From positions 368,156,001 to 368,220,000 of the forward strand of contig OZ024741.1 of NCBI GenBank assembly GCA_964016885.1: DNA of 64,000 bases, read 5' to 3'. Under the pieces are notes generated by a model. It was given only the letters and a program-made list of their open reading frames with translations. It was not told the origin of the DNA and made no database searches. The stretch's first letter is position 1. Every line of letters starts with the position of its first letter. This DNA is from Eledone cirrhosa (taxonomy: Eukaryota). Made by a program: the position numbers and the translations under genes. Below, in pieces: positions 1 to 26,300 of this stretch.

Positions 1-2359
1 AGATCCTGTTGCTCAGCAGTTAGATGTGCTAAGATCTGTATCTTACTTTAAAAGCAAGCAAGGGTTAGGATTAGGCAAAGGCATTTAGCCACAGAATTCT
101 ATCTAAAAAATCTTGTCTATCCCATGCCAGTATGGAAAAATGGATGCAAAACTGATGATATATTCTAAATTATGTGATTATCTCTAGTTCAGAGGAGTAA
201 TTACAATTATAAAGATATATCTGCAAATGACTGATATTAACCTAGGTACAGCAATGTACTTTAGGAATTCTGTTTATTCTCATGTAATGTTCTAATAGCT
301 GCTAGTAGAAATATGTACTGACATTGTATTCCACCCGACTTCATCAACCAATAAATTAAGTAAATGATTAATTAAGTGGACTATCAATCATTTTCAAAGT
401 ACCACTCAATAATGAATGTGTAAAAGCTTTATTCTTCATATTTGCTGTATTCTTCAAACAATCAACTATAGAGAATATATATTTGAACACTGTAAAATGA
501 CACTGAAACATATGCTAAAAATCCCATTATTATTAAAAATACATTGAATTAATGTTTGAAGACACTCTAAAAGACAAAGTGAAACCAAGTAAAATTAGCT
601 ATTTACTTATTTGTGTTGGTGGAAATGTAAACTTAAGGAAAAGGACAGTGTTCTATAGTGCAGTTTGATAACAAAACTGACTTTGGTAAATAAAATTTAA
701 AATGCCAGTTTATGACAAAACTAACTTTGGTTAACCCTTCTGTTATTATATTTCTAATGAAAGATACTGCCTATAATTTTCAAATAATTTTGAAGGAATT
801 TAATAATTTTCTAACGTAAGATGGAATTTTTTTAAAAATAGCTTAGTATCATAGAACCAGGACTTGTTTCAGGAGGTTTAAAGACTGTCAGTATGATGAC
901 CAGCTAAAATATTCTGGCACAATTGTTTTTGTGCATTTACTGACATAAACAAGAAAATTAATAAATGAAAATGATCAACTTCCAATAGGGTTTTATTTGG
1001 GTATTGCTCATATAGGTCTGAAGGTCTGGTGTAGTGTAAAACTGTTTCTTTGATATATGCAGTGATTGTGTGTGTAATGTCATTGGGAGACATTTTTAAT
1101 GTTTCTGTCCATAGAAGCATAGGATGCCTGACATGAAGTTAAGTTCATATAGAGATGAGATACCCAGATCTGTATGCAGAGGACACAAGGTATCCAAGTT
1201 ACACGTGGAAGACGCCTATGTGGAGAAAGTTAAGGATAAATGCTATCATTTGCATAGAAAGATATGTGGTTAGAAGTGATGGTAAATACATTTATACATA
1301 CAAGAATGTAGGATCGAATTTTGGAAGACAGAAGAGTTGATGGAATGAGAGTCAAAAAGGACATTATCAGTACAAGGTGCAAAGAATCAGTCTGGCAGGA
1401 AACTTCCAATTGAAAAGCCCCTAGCCAGGTAATTTAACTAAGAGATTCTTATGGTAGACATAGTTAAGAGTAACAACATCATTTTCACAGAAATTATTGG
1501 TTAGGAATAACTGTTGTTTGACATAATAGGGTTTTGGAGGTCTAATTATGGAATCTGTACTAAGGTTTACTGAGAATGGAGAACAATTCAAATTGTTGGA
1601 GGTAGGTGTTCACAAATGTTTCTTTCATCTTTAAGATCTTAATTATTGTTTAGATTCACAAACAAGCAGAAAAATACCCAATACCAAAGTAGAATATAAT
1701 TATTATAGTGCTAAGAAATATAATTAAATAATATACTACAGTTTTGTGCCCACCTGACTCTTTCCTCTTCATTTAACGTCTATTTTTTCCACACTTGCAT
1801 GGATTAGACAGGTTGTCATGTTATGAGACAAGTCAAGTCTAGTAAACCATGTCTTGCTCATATTTTGGCTTGTTTTCTATGGCTAGATGCCCTTCTTAAT
1901 GTCAATCATGTGGTATTTTTTATCATGGCACCAACATGACCATCTAACAGGGAGAACTGGATGCTTTTTGTCATGTCACCAGCACGACCACCTTACAGGG
2001 TGAACTGGGTGCTTTTTGTCATGTCAACAGCAAGGCCACCTTACAGGATGGACTGGATGCTTTTATTGTTGTAGCACTAGATCAGCATACGGGGGGGGGG
2101 GGGGGGGGGCTTAGTGCTTTTCGTCGTAGTAACAGCATTGTGGGAGATCATATAGAGCATGTGTAGCTTTCATGCTTGTATGCATGAGTTGGGCAAGAGA
2201 AGTATATCAGAGATGAGGATTTGGTGGGGGTACAAGCAAGCAGGTTTGACATGGACCAGGTGCGTGGGATACTTCATATATATTTTTTTATGTATTTTTA
2301 AAAAATTAAATGAAAAAATTTTAACTTTCATTATTAAGAAAGTTATGAATAAACAAAGT

Positions 2360-2835
2360 CGGGGAGTGGCTACACCATAGTTATGCTTAATAAATATCTG
2401 GTGCAGCTCGTTTACCTTGGCACACCACCTTGAACGACGTCGTCAAAACGAGCCTTGATGCGGTCGGTTTCCCATCACAACTGGAGCCAGCAGGCTTCGA
2501 CAAGTGCCTAGATGGGATAGCCCTTTTTCGGTTAGAGGGAGATAAATCTCTAATCTGGGACGCCACGTTCTGCACCTCCAACCTTGTCGCATTAGCCACA
2601 AACCCAGGCACTACTTCTCGTAACTCGTAGGCGAGGGAAATAACCAAAATAGCCGTCGAGACCTCAGGTGTCTTCGGTCCCCGAACAGCCGTTTTCCTCT
2701 GCAAATTTGAGAGGAGTACATCTCGCCCGAGGAAGGAGCCTCGCGAGAGGGAGTGGTTGATGCAGCGGGTTTCGTTGGCTGTTTTCTGCAGCAATATCTT
2801 CGCCATTTTGTCTGCGGGGCGCATCTGAGACATAC
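2360..2835 (+). mobile_element. CRE-like (restriction-like endonuclease) non-LTR retrotransposon 3' fragment, degenerate
   Basis: H..LNDVVKTSLDAVGFPSQLEPAG..DGIALF...KSLIWDAT matches the RLE domain pattern; GC-rich island in AT-rich DNA. Confidence 0.6.
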
Positions 2836-3520
2836 CACTAAGACTGGAGTGTCAAGTTCCTTCCCCTAGTTTCCCTTATTTTCGCTATTTAATTTCTGCT
2901 CCTCTCTTTTTATTTTATTGCAAATATTATATAATCCAATTAAAATTTGTTGAATAATACACACTCTCACATACAAGCGCGTTAATTTCTGGGACCTTTT
3001 ATCACAAAAGTGTCCCAATTTTATATCTACACAGTAAAGGTTAAACTTTTAACATAGAAAAGAAGAACCGGTACTGAAATGAAAAACTAAATCAGAAACA
3101 AATGATAAATAAAAAACACAAAAGTTTCTGTAATAACCATGTCATGTGTCACGAGACGTTTAGATCACTTACAATAACCATCCCTAAAACGTAGAGGCCA
3201 TATATTATGTTTACTTATAATACAGAAAATATACACAAATAATATATCCAATACTTAATTACATAAACATTTCACATAATGCTAAAAATATTAATGCCGG
3301 AGATATATATATATATATACATACACACACACACACACCTATAACCGGGACTAGCATAAAATTTCCCTGCTAGTACCGGTTACATACACACACACATTAT
3401 ATATAATGATAGGTTCAAATCCCGCCGAGGTTAGCTTTGCCTTTCATCATTACGGGGTCGATAAAATAAAGTACCAGTAATAAACTGTATAATTGCTGGC
3501 CTTGTGCCCAAAATAGAAAC

Positions 3521-3557
<37 letters not shown>

Positions 3558-4210
3558 TACTCGTGTGTGTATCAGCTGCAGAATAATGGACATGTGTACT
3601 GCGTTATTCAAATTGTAATGAATATTCTATATGAACAGTTTGTTGTATTACAACAGAGTTCTGAAACAACAGACTATAGTTTGTTTACTAAACAAGTGAT
3701 TACTAAATGACACTACTACATTGCCAAAAACGCAGTCTTTTTGCTGGGTGGGTGGTTGCTTGTGTCATATTAGTGGTAATATTTGTTACTTCCTCCATCA
3801 ACGCTTCAATTACACATAAACAGCATGTCGAAAGATAAAACAATGAGTGGTTGGAATAATTATTTATTTCATAGAATGAAGACTAAATTGGGTGAATGTG
3901 TTCATCCATCTTCACACACTCATAGTATATAATTACATATTTATTAACGTGAGGTACCGAATGATCGAATATCCGTAATGATTATGTTGAAACAGTTGTT
4001 AAACCTAAAATGAGGATCAATATCGATAAAATATTGGACTTTCGAACGGCAGTAGGAACTAACTAACTAGTATAAGATTAAATGTGACCGATTGCTTTCC
4101 CCACTAGCTAGTTTCCAAGTTAATCATAACGCCCTCCGCCCTACATACACTGTCGTCCACACCCTACTGTATATAAATACATTTTGGAAGATACATTGGT
4201 TAATATAATC

Positions 4211-4257
<47 letters not shown>

Positions 4258-5014
4258 CACACACACATAATTTTTTACGAATGAAACAGTTCTAGTTCCG
4301 AAGAAGTAATTCCTATAAGAAAATAAGGATGCCTATACTCTACTAACGTATTGAATACCCTTTTTAACTGAGATCACCTCCCGATATACATCGGGAATCC
4401 ACCTAAATTATATAGTCCTGTATGATAGTTACGAATGAAATGCATTTAATCATGTCTGTTGGATCCCGACAGACCTGGGGTTAAATAACTCTTCAAATCG
4501 GGACAAATCTTGACAGGGGCCATGTTTGCTATTTACCCTTTGAGGGCCTCTAAAAGAAACAAACATTCTTGAGTTCTATTCTGTCGACTATTGCAGCTCT
4601 CTCTCTCTCTCTTTCTCTTTGACACACATACACACTCTGGAGAAGAAGTCACTAGTTAGTACTCGTTAACTATATATGAAATTAAACTTTAAAATTAATT
4701 ATATAAAATAATGTAATTGTTTGGAATAGATTGTTTACATAAAGCAAGAGAAGAAAGATCAAAGTCCAATAATAGGATAATGGAACAGTATATGTATATA
4801 TTTGTAATTTATTACATTGATGAATGATGTAGTAGAATGGTGTTACACAATTAAAATATTGATTATTAACATAACTAAAAAAAAAAAAAAAAAATTGTGT
4901 AAGCTTCATTTCGACATTCAAAGCTAATGGTTAAATAAGGCAGCAGTCAAATACTGATTTAATATTCCTATATGCATTCTTGCGATGAACGGAAAACGTA
5001 AAACACACACACAC

Positions 5015-5053
<39 letters not shown>

Positions 5054-6116
5054 AGAGAGAGAGAGCTTCTATCATCTTTACCAGGATCTATATTGGTAAA
5101 CTCCAATATAACCATAGGTATGTGTGCGCAAGCGAGATTATAGTTTTGATACTATAACCTCGTCAACACACACACACATATATATATATATATATTAATA
5201 AAAGGAATTCAAACTTTATCTGATTTACTCGTTTTATTTACAATCCTTTAAAATTATAATGATATTATAATGAAATAGTATGGTAGAATTTTAAATGTTA
5301 AGTGTTAATTGAACAAGTACTTTCATTCTGTGGTGACAGTCAAGTTTGCAACAGTCATTTCAACTGTATATATATATATAACACTAATATAATAAATCGA
5401 AATTAAATATGTGTTTCAATGTGTGTATCTATTAAGGCTCACCATAAAGATAGGAAAACCTGAATGTGGATGAAATAACAGAACTCGTGAAAATATATAA
5501 AAGGAAGGGGGCATGAGAAACCATACACACATTATATATGTACATACAGATGAAACAAATGTATATTGATATAAGTAAATGTATCTAAGGTATTATATTA
5601 TTTGGGGTGAGTCATACTGCCAATAAAAAACACATGCACTGCTTATGTTTTTCATAATTAGTTCGTTAATTAATCAACTGATTCTTTGGTAGTATGGTAT
5701 CTCCCAAACTACAACAGTATATATTTCAAAACATGATTTCACATGAAGGATCTTACAAAAACATAATATACATTGACCCTCCCAATGTATAATGAAATAT
5801 ATATTATATATTACCGTGAAGGTGACCATATCAGAGCAGGGACATCGTTTGCAAAGATTGGTGCTATTGAAATTAAAACAAAGAATATAGAACCAACTCC
5901 TCTGTAATCCATTTCGACATATATATATATTCCTGTGGCTTAGAAGATGTCAAAAATATAGAAATATTAGACTTTCTTTCAGTCTGTCTGCTAATATATT
6001 CTTTAAACACGAGATTTCAAGAAAACAAATCAGGTGACACACGAGACTCTCGTTATCACGTCCCCTCATCCTTTCTAAAAAAGATCTCTAAGCTTCCAGC
6101 GCCCCCTCGTGAGACG

Positions 6117-6141
6117 TTCTCTTTTCATTCAAGCCGCCATA

Positions 6142-6145
<4 letters not shown>
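6117..6145 (+). promoter_or_regulatory. RPS23: RPS23 TCT/5'-TOP pyrimidine initiator and first exon (ATGG|gtgagt)
   Basis: TTCTCTTTTCATTC tract ~25 nt before ATG at 6142, followed by donor GTGAGT at 6146; typical ribosomal protein gene start. Confidence 0.8.
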
Positions 6146-19444
<13,299 letters not shown>

Positions 19445-19467
19445 ACTGTTTTATTTCTAAATGGCTA

Positions 19468-19473
19468 AATAAA
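19468..19473 (+). terminator. RPS23 polyadenylation signal AATAAA
   Basis: AATAAA 24 nt after the stop codon, followed by GT/T-rich sequence. Confidence 0.75.
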
Positions 19474-20227
19474 CATTACTTGAAAAAACAGACCAGTGAT
19501 TTGTTTTACATTGTTTGTAAGAAGTTTCCATCAAGCTGTATTTTGTCATTGTCATGTTGAAAATTTCACTTATTTGCCAAGCTCTTGGCATGCTTCAGTT
19601 GGGCTAAGTATATGGCAATTGACCCCCATTCTAAGTTTTGATAGACCATGTATTATAACCATAGGTAACAAATAGAGATGAGAGGAAAGAAAATGTAACA
19701 ATTTTATTTGCTCAACTGATATGTATTCAATTTTTTTTATAGGTATAACAGTTATAATAGGGGAAATATCCTTTCCATATATATAGAGAGAAAGAGGAAA
19801 TTAATATACAAGTTATTTTGTTAAATCGTAAAAACTATTAGGCCTCCAAAGTAAGAACTTTGCAGTCAATTTGAGCAGTCAGTTCAATTTAACCCTTTCA
19901 TCACCATGTTTCTATTAACGAAGAACTTGGAGGATTTAACATGATTCATATAAAATTAGATTTTAATTAAAATAGAATGAGATGGATTAGTATTAAGGGG
20001 GTTAAACTGCTGCTTCTAGTCAATGCATTCAATTAGATGTGTTTGCATATATATGCATGTCTACATATCAGTATAGTTGGATGTTGTCCTACAGTCACGA
20101 CCATTAGGCAATGTCACTCAAGATTTGAACAGAGCTCAGCAATATTTAATGAGATCTTTGGTAAACATGGCTGATTTAAGCTACAGATTTACAAATGTTT
20201 CTGTGATCCAAAGTATTTCAAAACCTT

Positions 20228-20349
20228 TCACCAAAAATTCATTCTGCTGCGAGTTCTTTCAAGAACATCTGATATCAAACTACTGCTGGAATTCAATGAC
20301 TCGGAAATAGTATTCTTGTTTAAAGGAGCTTCATGGTGGTCGGGATCAA
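20228..20349 (-). CDS. MDM1: MDM1-like terminal coding exon
   Basis: ctttcag|TTGATCCC..., ends SSLISDVLERTRSRMNFW-TGA; phase 1 matches the upstream exon. Confidence 0.8.
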
Positions 20350-23300
20350 CTGAAAGTAAATAAGTTATATAATTGGCAAATATTTCACAATGCTTCACTA
20401 AACCTATTGTTTTACAGATAGAATAAGTAATCTTTATGGTTCTGGGTTTCATCCTGCTGTGCACATGTCTTACTGTAAACCTTCCAAGTAGAATTTTGAA
20501 AGAAACTCTGAAGATTAGGCCCAACTATCCAACTCCTACCATAGCCGTGTGAGGGAAATATGCTAGATAGAAACTATAAACAAATTGGAAGGACCGTTCA
20601 CATTCTGAGTGAGGTGTTATTCACTTAATCTGTTGGCCATTAGGTACCTGTATGAAGGCAACTATCAGCTCTTCCTCTCATTTTTGCCATTGTCAGAAAA
20701 AGAAATTTAAGTAACAGTTACTATTAATTTTCTTCTTTTGGCACAAGGCCAATTATCCTAGAGCATTACTGGTACTTTATTTTATTGACCCCCGTAAGGA
20801 TGAAAGGCAAAGTTAACCTCGGTGGGGTTTGAACTCAAAGTAAAGGGCCATAACTCTATTGTGTCTGACGTTCTAGCGATCTATTAATAATAGATATTAT
20901 TAAGCAATATATTAGTTTTTCATTCAGTATGTAACATGGATGAAAGCAGATGTGAGATTTGAACTACTGGGGTCAATTCTTTCTCACTTTCTATCCTTCT
21001 CAGATATACTCAAGTCTGGAGAGGGGGATGGGCTCTACCACGTTTAAGAGAGCCCTAAAAAACACTGTCATTGTGGCACCCTTACAACATCCTCAGGAGT
21101 TGGGCTTCCATACCATAAAACGATTTAACCTTCAACACACTTGGCACCATAGAGTAATCTCCCCTCATTAAAAAGTGCAGTGTTAAGGAAAACAACTCAT
21201 AAAAATTGTCTGTGGATTCCCACTAAAATGGTCTGAAAAATAATGTTACAGTGTGAGTGGCGAGGTACACTATAGGTATCGCTCATATGTTCATAATGTG
21301 GTCGGAGAGCACTGGTCACTTTTGGTCTGGCAAATGGCTTGAAAGGTATGTTTTCTTGAGATTTCAATGGTAATGGTTTTGTTTTTTTGTTGGCTAGAAA
21401 TAGATTTAAAACATTGAATCAGTAAAAGAAAAAAAAAACAGATTTTATACCACATAGTAGATAGTGATTTGAGCAAATAGAATATGTATGGATGAAAATA
21501 TTTAACAGCATAGAAACATTTTAACTCATTTCATACTCTCCAACTATCCACTGTCCATGATTCTATAATGCAAAATGTATTGTTTTAAAGTATTTATATT
21601 TAAATTAAAACTTTCCATAATAATCGTGTCAGAACTTTTTGTTAATTTGATCAAATCCTTTCCAAGTTGTTGATTTTTTTTTTTTTTTTAAAGAAAACAA
21701 ATTGAGACAAAAACCAGAGAAGCTTGAAATAGAAACTCCAATGTTTGCAGGCAGAATAACAGAAACTAGCTATCAGTTGAAAGTACAGGCATGGCCGTGT
21801 GCTTAAGGAGTTTACTTCACAACCAACCTCGTTCAGGGTTCAATCCCACTGAGGCATCTTAGGCAAGTGTCATCTACAGTTACAGGTTAAACAACGACCT
21901 TGTGATCATCTAATTTCCTAACCATCTAATGACTTCACACAAATTGGTATTAATTGAACTAAAATTATCAACTTACCATTATTTTCTCTGTAGAAAGAAC
22001 TAACTGGTTTATTTGTGGATTGAAAATTGTTGTGAAGCTTTTTTGCTGGTTTAGCATTCAGCAATGCCTGTTGACGCTGTATCATGGTGGTGCTTTGAGT
22101 TGATTTACCAAATGGAGCTTTAGTAAACATACTGTCACATGACTGAAACAAAGTTAAAAATTATTAATCCTTTCTCTGATTAATTGATTATTTATTTAAT
22201 TCATTCAAGAAAAACAGGTACTGGATAAATACCACTCACTTATGTGTATGTATCTTCTATATATATTTGTATAAACATACAATCTATTTTCCATGGTTAG
22301 AAAACTGTTGTGTGCTGAGGCCTGGCTTGCAGGATCACCAAACAAGATTTGTCTGATGATCCTACAAACGTGCAGGTGAAATTCAAGAATAAAAAGATTT
22401 ACCACTTAGCCATTAAATTAATATCAAACACTACTTTGGTATTGAGTGCTTTTTCTCACATCTGAAATCAAAAGGACTTCCAGAGGTCGACTGATGAGAG
22501 AGGACTGTTCTGTGTTTTATCTATCTTTGCAATGTGTTATTCAGGTCAAGTTATGCAAGACAACAAAATCCAAGGTGTATTCCATGAGGTATGATACTGG
22601 TAATTGAAGACCATGAAAATCACTGAGTTTAAATATTCAATACAGAAGAAATAGGCAAAGGCTTTACTCAGTTAAAACCATTTATTTCTACGACTGTTTT
22701 GATTAAGTGAGATATAGTATCAATTGACTAAATTAGTCAATTATTTCTATGGAACAAACATCTCACAGAATCTCATCAGGAAAACATAGATTAATTAGAT
22801 GAGTCACTTAGTTATTACACAAGCAAGCATTCAAGAAGAGAAGGAAAAAATAAGAAAGAAAACCCAAGGGAGTTGTGTGGCAAAAAAGGCATATAAATTT
22901 AAGTATTGTGTGGGAAGTAAAAATTGTTTTAGGCGGAAAGGCAAGTCACTACGCAGACTGAGAATAAAGATATTTAAATGATATTCATTATGGTGTTAGG
23001 TGTAGTTAACACTATTGTCCATGATTCCATATACGTATATCATGTATTTACACTAATTCCTGTGAAAAATGAATACCTGTATAGGTATTTTCTATTTAAA
23101 TTCCAACCTCATGTTGATACAATTTAACACACTAATTAATATTAAATCACTGTATCTACGCTGGTGGCAACTTTTTAAAAGTATCCCATCTATGGTATAG
23201 TCACACAATAACGCCTATATTAGTATTGGCTTGTACAGTGGTTGATGTATAAGCTTGTAAATACGACAAATCTAGACTTGCTCAACTATATATGCCTATT

Positions 23301-26300
23301 ATAAGTCTAAATATCATCATCATCGTTTAACGTCTATCTTCCACGCTAGCATGGGTTTGGACGGGAATTGTCCCACTTGAGGCAAGATTGGTCGTCTCGC
23401 TCGTATGGGACTGTCTGGCAGGTTTTCTACGGCTTTTTTTCCGCCCTTCCTAACACCATCCACGTTTACAGTGTGGACTGGACTGGGAGGTTTTTACCGT
23501 GTTACCTACACGGCCACATTACAGCGTGGACTGTGTTTTTTTGTCGTTGCACCTACACGACCTCATTTATTTAGGGCTGGATGTTGTGGTACCAACATAA
23601 CTTTACAGAGAAAGGGTTGGGGTAGTGGGATGGGAGTGTCATCATCATCATCGTTTAACGTCCATCTTCCACGCTTGCATGGGTTTGGACGGGAGTTTTC
23701 TCACTTGAGGCAAGAGTGGTTGTCTTGCTCGCATAGGACTGTCTGGCGGGTTTTCTACGGCTGGATGCCCTTCCTAACACCAACCACGTTTACAGTGTGG
23801 GACTGGGAGGTTTTTACCGTGTTACCTACACGGTGTATATTTGATTAAGAGGTGCCTACTGACTAGGTAATATATTAGCAATAATTATACTCTAGTAAGG
23901 CCCTAATGGACATATAAGAAAGTTTATGGCAGTTAAATTAAACTATGTTTGTAAGTTTATTCACCTATTACTAATGTAAATGAAACTGTTTAACTCATTT
24001 TTATACATTGTGGTCGTATATGGTTAATTCCCTTAGTATTTAACACTTACCTCCTTTTGTTTTCACACTACCTACCTAAGCCAAATAGTGAAAATCAATA
24101 GTTTTTAACATGACCAAACCAAAATTGCTCTGTTTATAAATTATTAAGATAAAGCATGACATTTTCAGTGAAGATTCCAAACTGAATTTCTAAAATACAT
24201 TGCAAAATATTTCATTATATTTACAGGTTATTAGATAAAATAAACAATTTAATATAGTAAAATGTAAGCAAAAGCATGAATATGGGATCATACATAAAAT
24301 CGCTAACTACACCTAACAGTATAATGAATATCAATGCACATAATTTAAATATTTTTATTCTGTCTGCATAGTGACTTGCCTTTCGCCTAACTCTAACATT
24401 TTTTTTATTTCCTACACTGATTAAATTTATATGCTTTTTCTTGAACGCTTGTTTGTGTAATAACATAATGGGACCATTGCGAATCCAACTCCCTAACCAC
24501 TAAGCCACTCACCTTTCTATAATATTAACTTACTTTTGAATACTGCTTGGGTTTTTGAAATCTTTCTGACACCTTAGAAACCAATTCTAGTTGACGAGCT
24601 GGAATCAAAAACAAAACAATGAAAAAATAATTTGAAAAATACTTGAATATATAAATTCCAATACAACAAGAATTCTACTAGCAATTGTCTATATCACAAG
24701 AAGTTATTTAACAAAACTTACTCTCCTTATCAGCATCAGTATGGTAGTCTTTTTCATCAAGTGTGATGTCAATAGTTGATGGATTTATTGCAGTTGTATA
24801 TAAATCTTTAGATTCTGTGATAGAACCATCATGAAGGTAAGAACTTATTTCTTCATCTACCTCTTGATGTCTCTCAGCCAGTTTATCATCACTATGTTGC
24901 CTTGTAAATACAGGTTGAGCTTTTAATGATAATTTAGAATTATTTCCTTCAAGTAACTCTGAATCAATTCTTGTATTCATAGAACCACTGTCAGCTTTGT
25001 CCCAACTTCTTGGATCATTTTTATTAATCATTTCAGTAATAGATTCTACATTTAACGTAATACTTTCTTCTTTTTCAGGTACTGATTTTTTGTTTTCATT
25101 TTCACATAAATTCTGATCCTGTCCTCTGGTTGTTTTTGATTTAGAAGTTTCCGTAACATCATTGTTACATTCCTGATTTTGATGATATCTCACCAGTTCA
25201 GAATTCCCAGTATCAGAAACTGGTACTTCCTCAAAATCTAATGCAATTTCCCCTTTATTGTTCATTCTTGGTGACTTTTTGGCACTTTTAAAATTATTGG
25301 TGGTTTTAGGGAAATAAGTATTTGGCCTGAAAAACAGAAAAAATAATGTAAAGATGTAGGGTGTCACAAAATAAAACTGAAGACAATAACAAATTAACAA
25401 GTGATTTGAAACCATTATCCACACTTCGTAGCTGAAGAATTGTAGATTTTTACATTTTTCAGTGGCTATGTTCTATATTATGGCACTTTGTACTATAACT
25501 TGGTTGAATCATTTAAATCTTCACTGACCCGGTAACAGAAATGGAAGGACTCAATGATGGAACTAAAGAAACTTAGATGGGAATAAAAAATTAGAAAGTT
25601 TTAGAAGCCAAAAAATTGTTCTTGACCCCTCCCATTTTCCTGATCTTGTCATTCTTGATCCTATCTCATTTGGTCTTATTGACAGCTTTTCACAGGTAGA
25701 TTTTCTGCTCAAAAAGTTTAATCATGGTTCAGGTTTGGTATTGCTATGTGTAAGAATAAAGATTTAGTTGACCAGCTTAGCTTTAGTTTTCATTGGAGCC
25801 AGTCCATTGTACATATAGGTCAACTTAAGAAAAAGTGGATAGATGGCTTCAAAGAAACCCTGGCATCACAAGAACAGGCCTTGAAATTTGCCACAGACTG
25901 ATAACTCTTTCTACTTCACATACCTATAAGAGTATAAATGGAAAGATATTAAAAAATATATAAAGACATAATAGAATTTGTGATAAATAGTGATATATAT
26001 AAAACAAGTCACTCACTGATAGTAAGTTATTCCTGCTGCTTTCATCTGAGATACATCATGCGACATATTTGACAATTTTTTAGAGTTTTCCCATATTTCT
26101 GTTTCCCTTGCTATCAACTGAACCATATGTTTTGAACAGAAGTGAGAGTCAAAAGCTCTCTGCCGGTATTCTGCAGCTTTTTCACGTAATTCTAACACTT
26201 GCTTGTACCAGTCTTGATGTGTTGTGTTTTCAGTTGTTACCTTAACAAGAAGAAAAAGATTCTAGTGACAGACAATATACTAAAATATATGTACACTTTA

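Noticed and set aside
3343-3381. 14-bp inverted repeat between microsatellites
   Set aside because: Most likely a collapsed MITE remnant; nothing supports a function.
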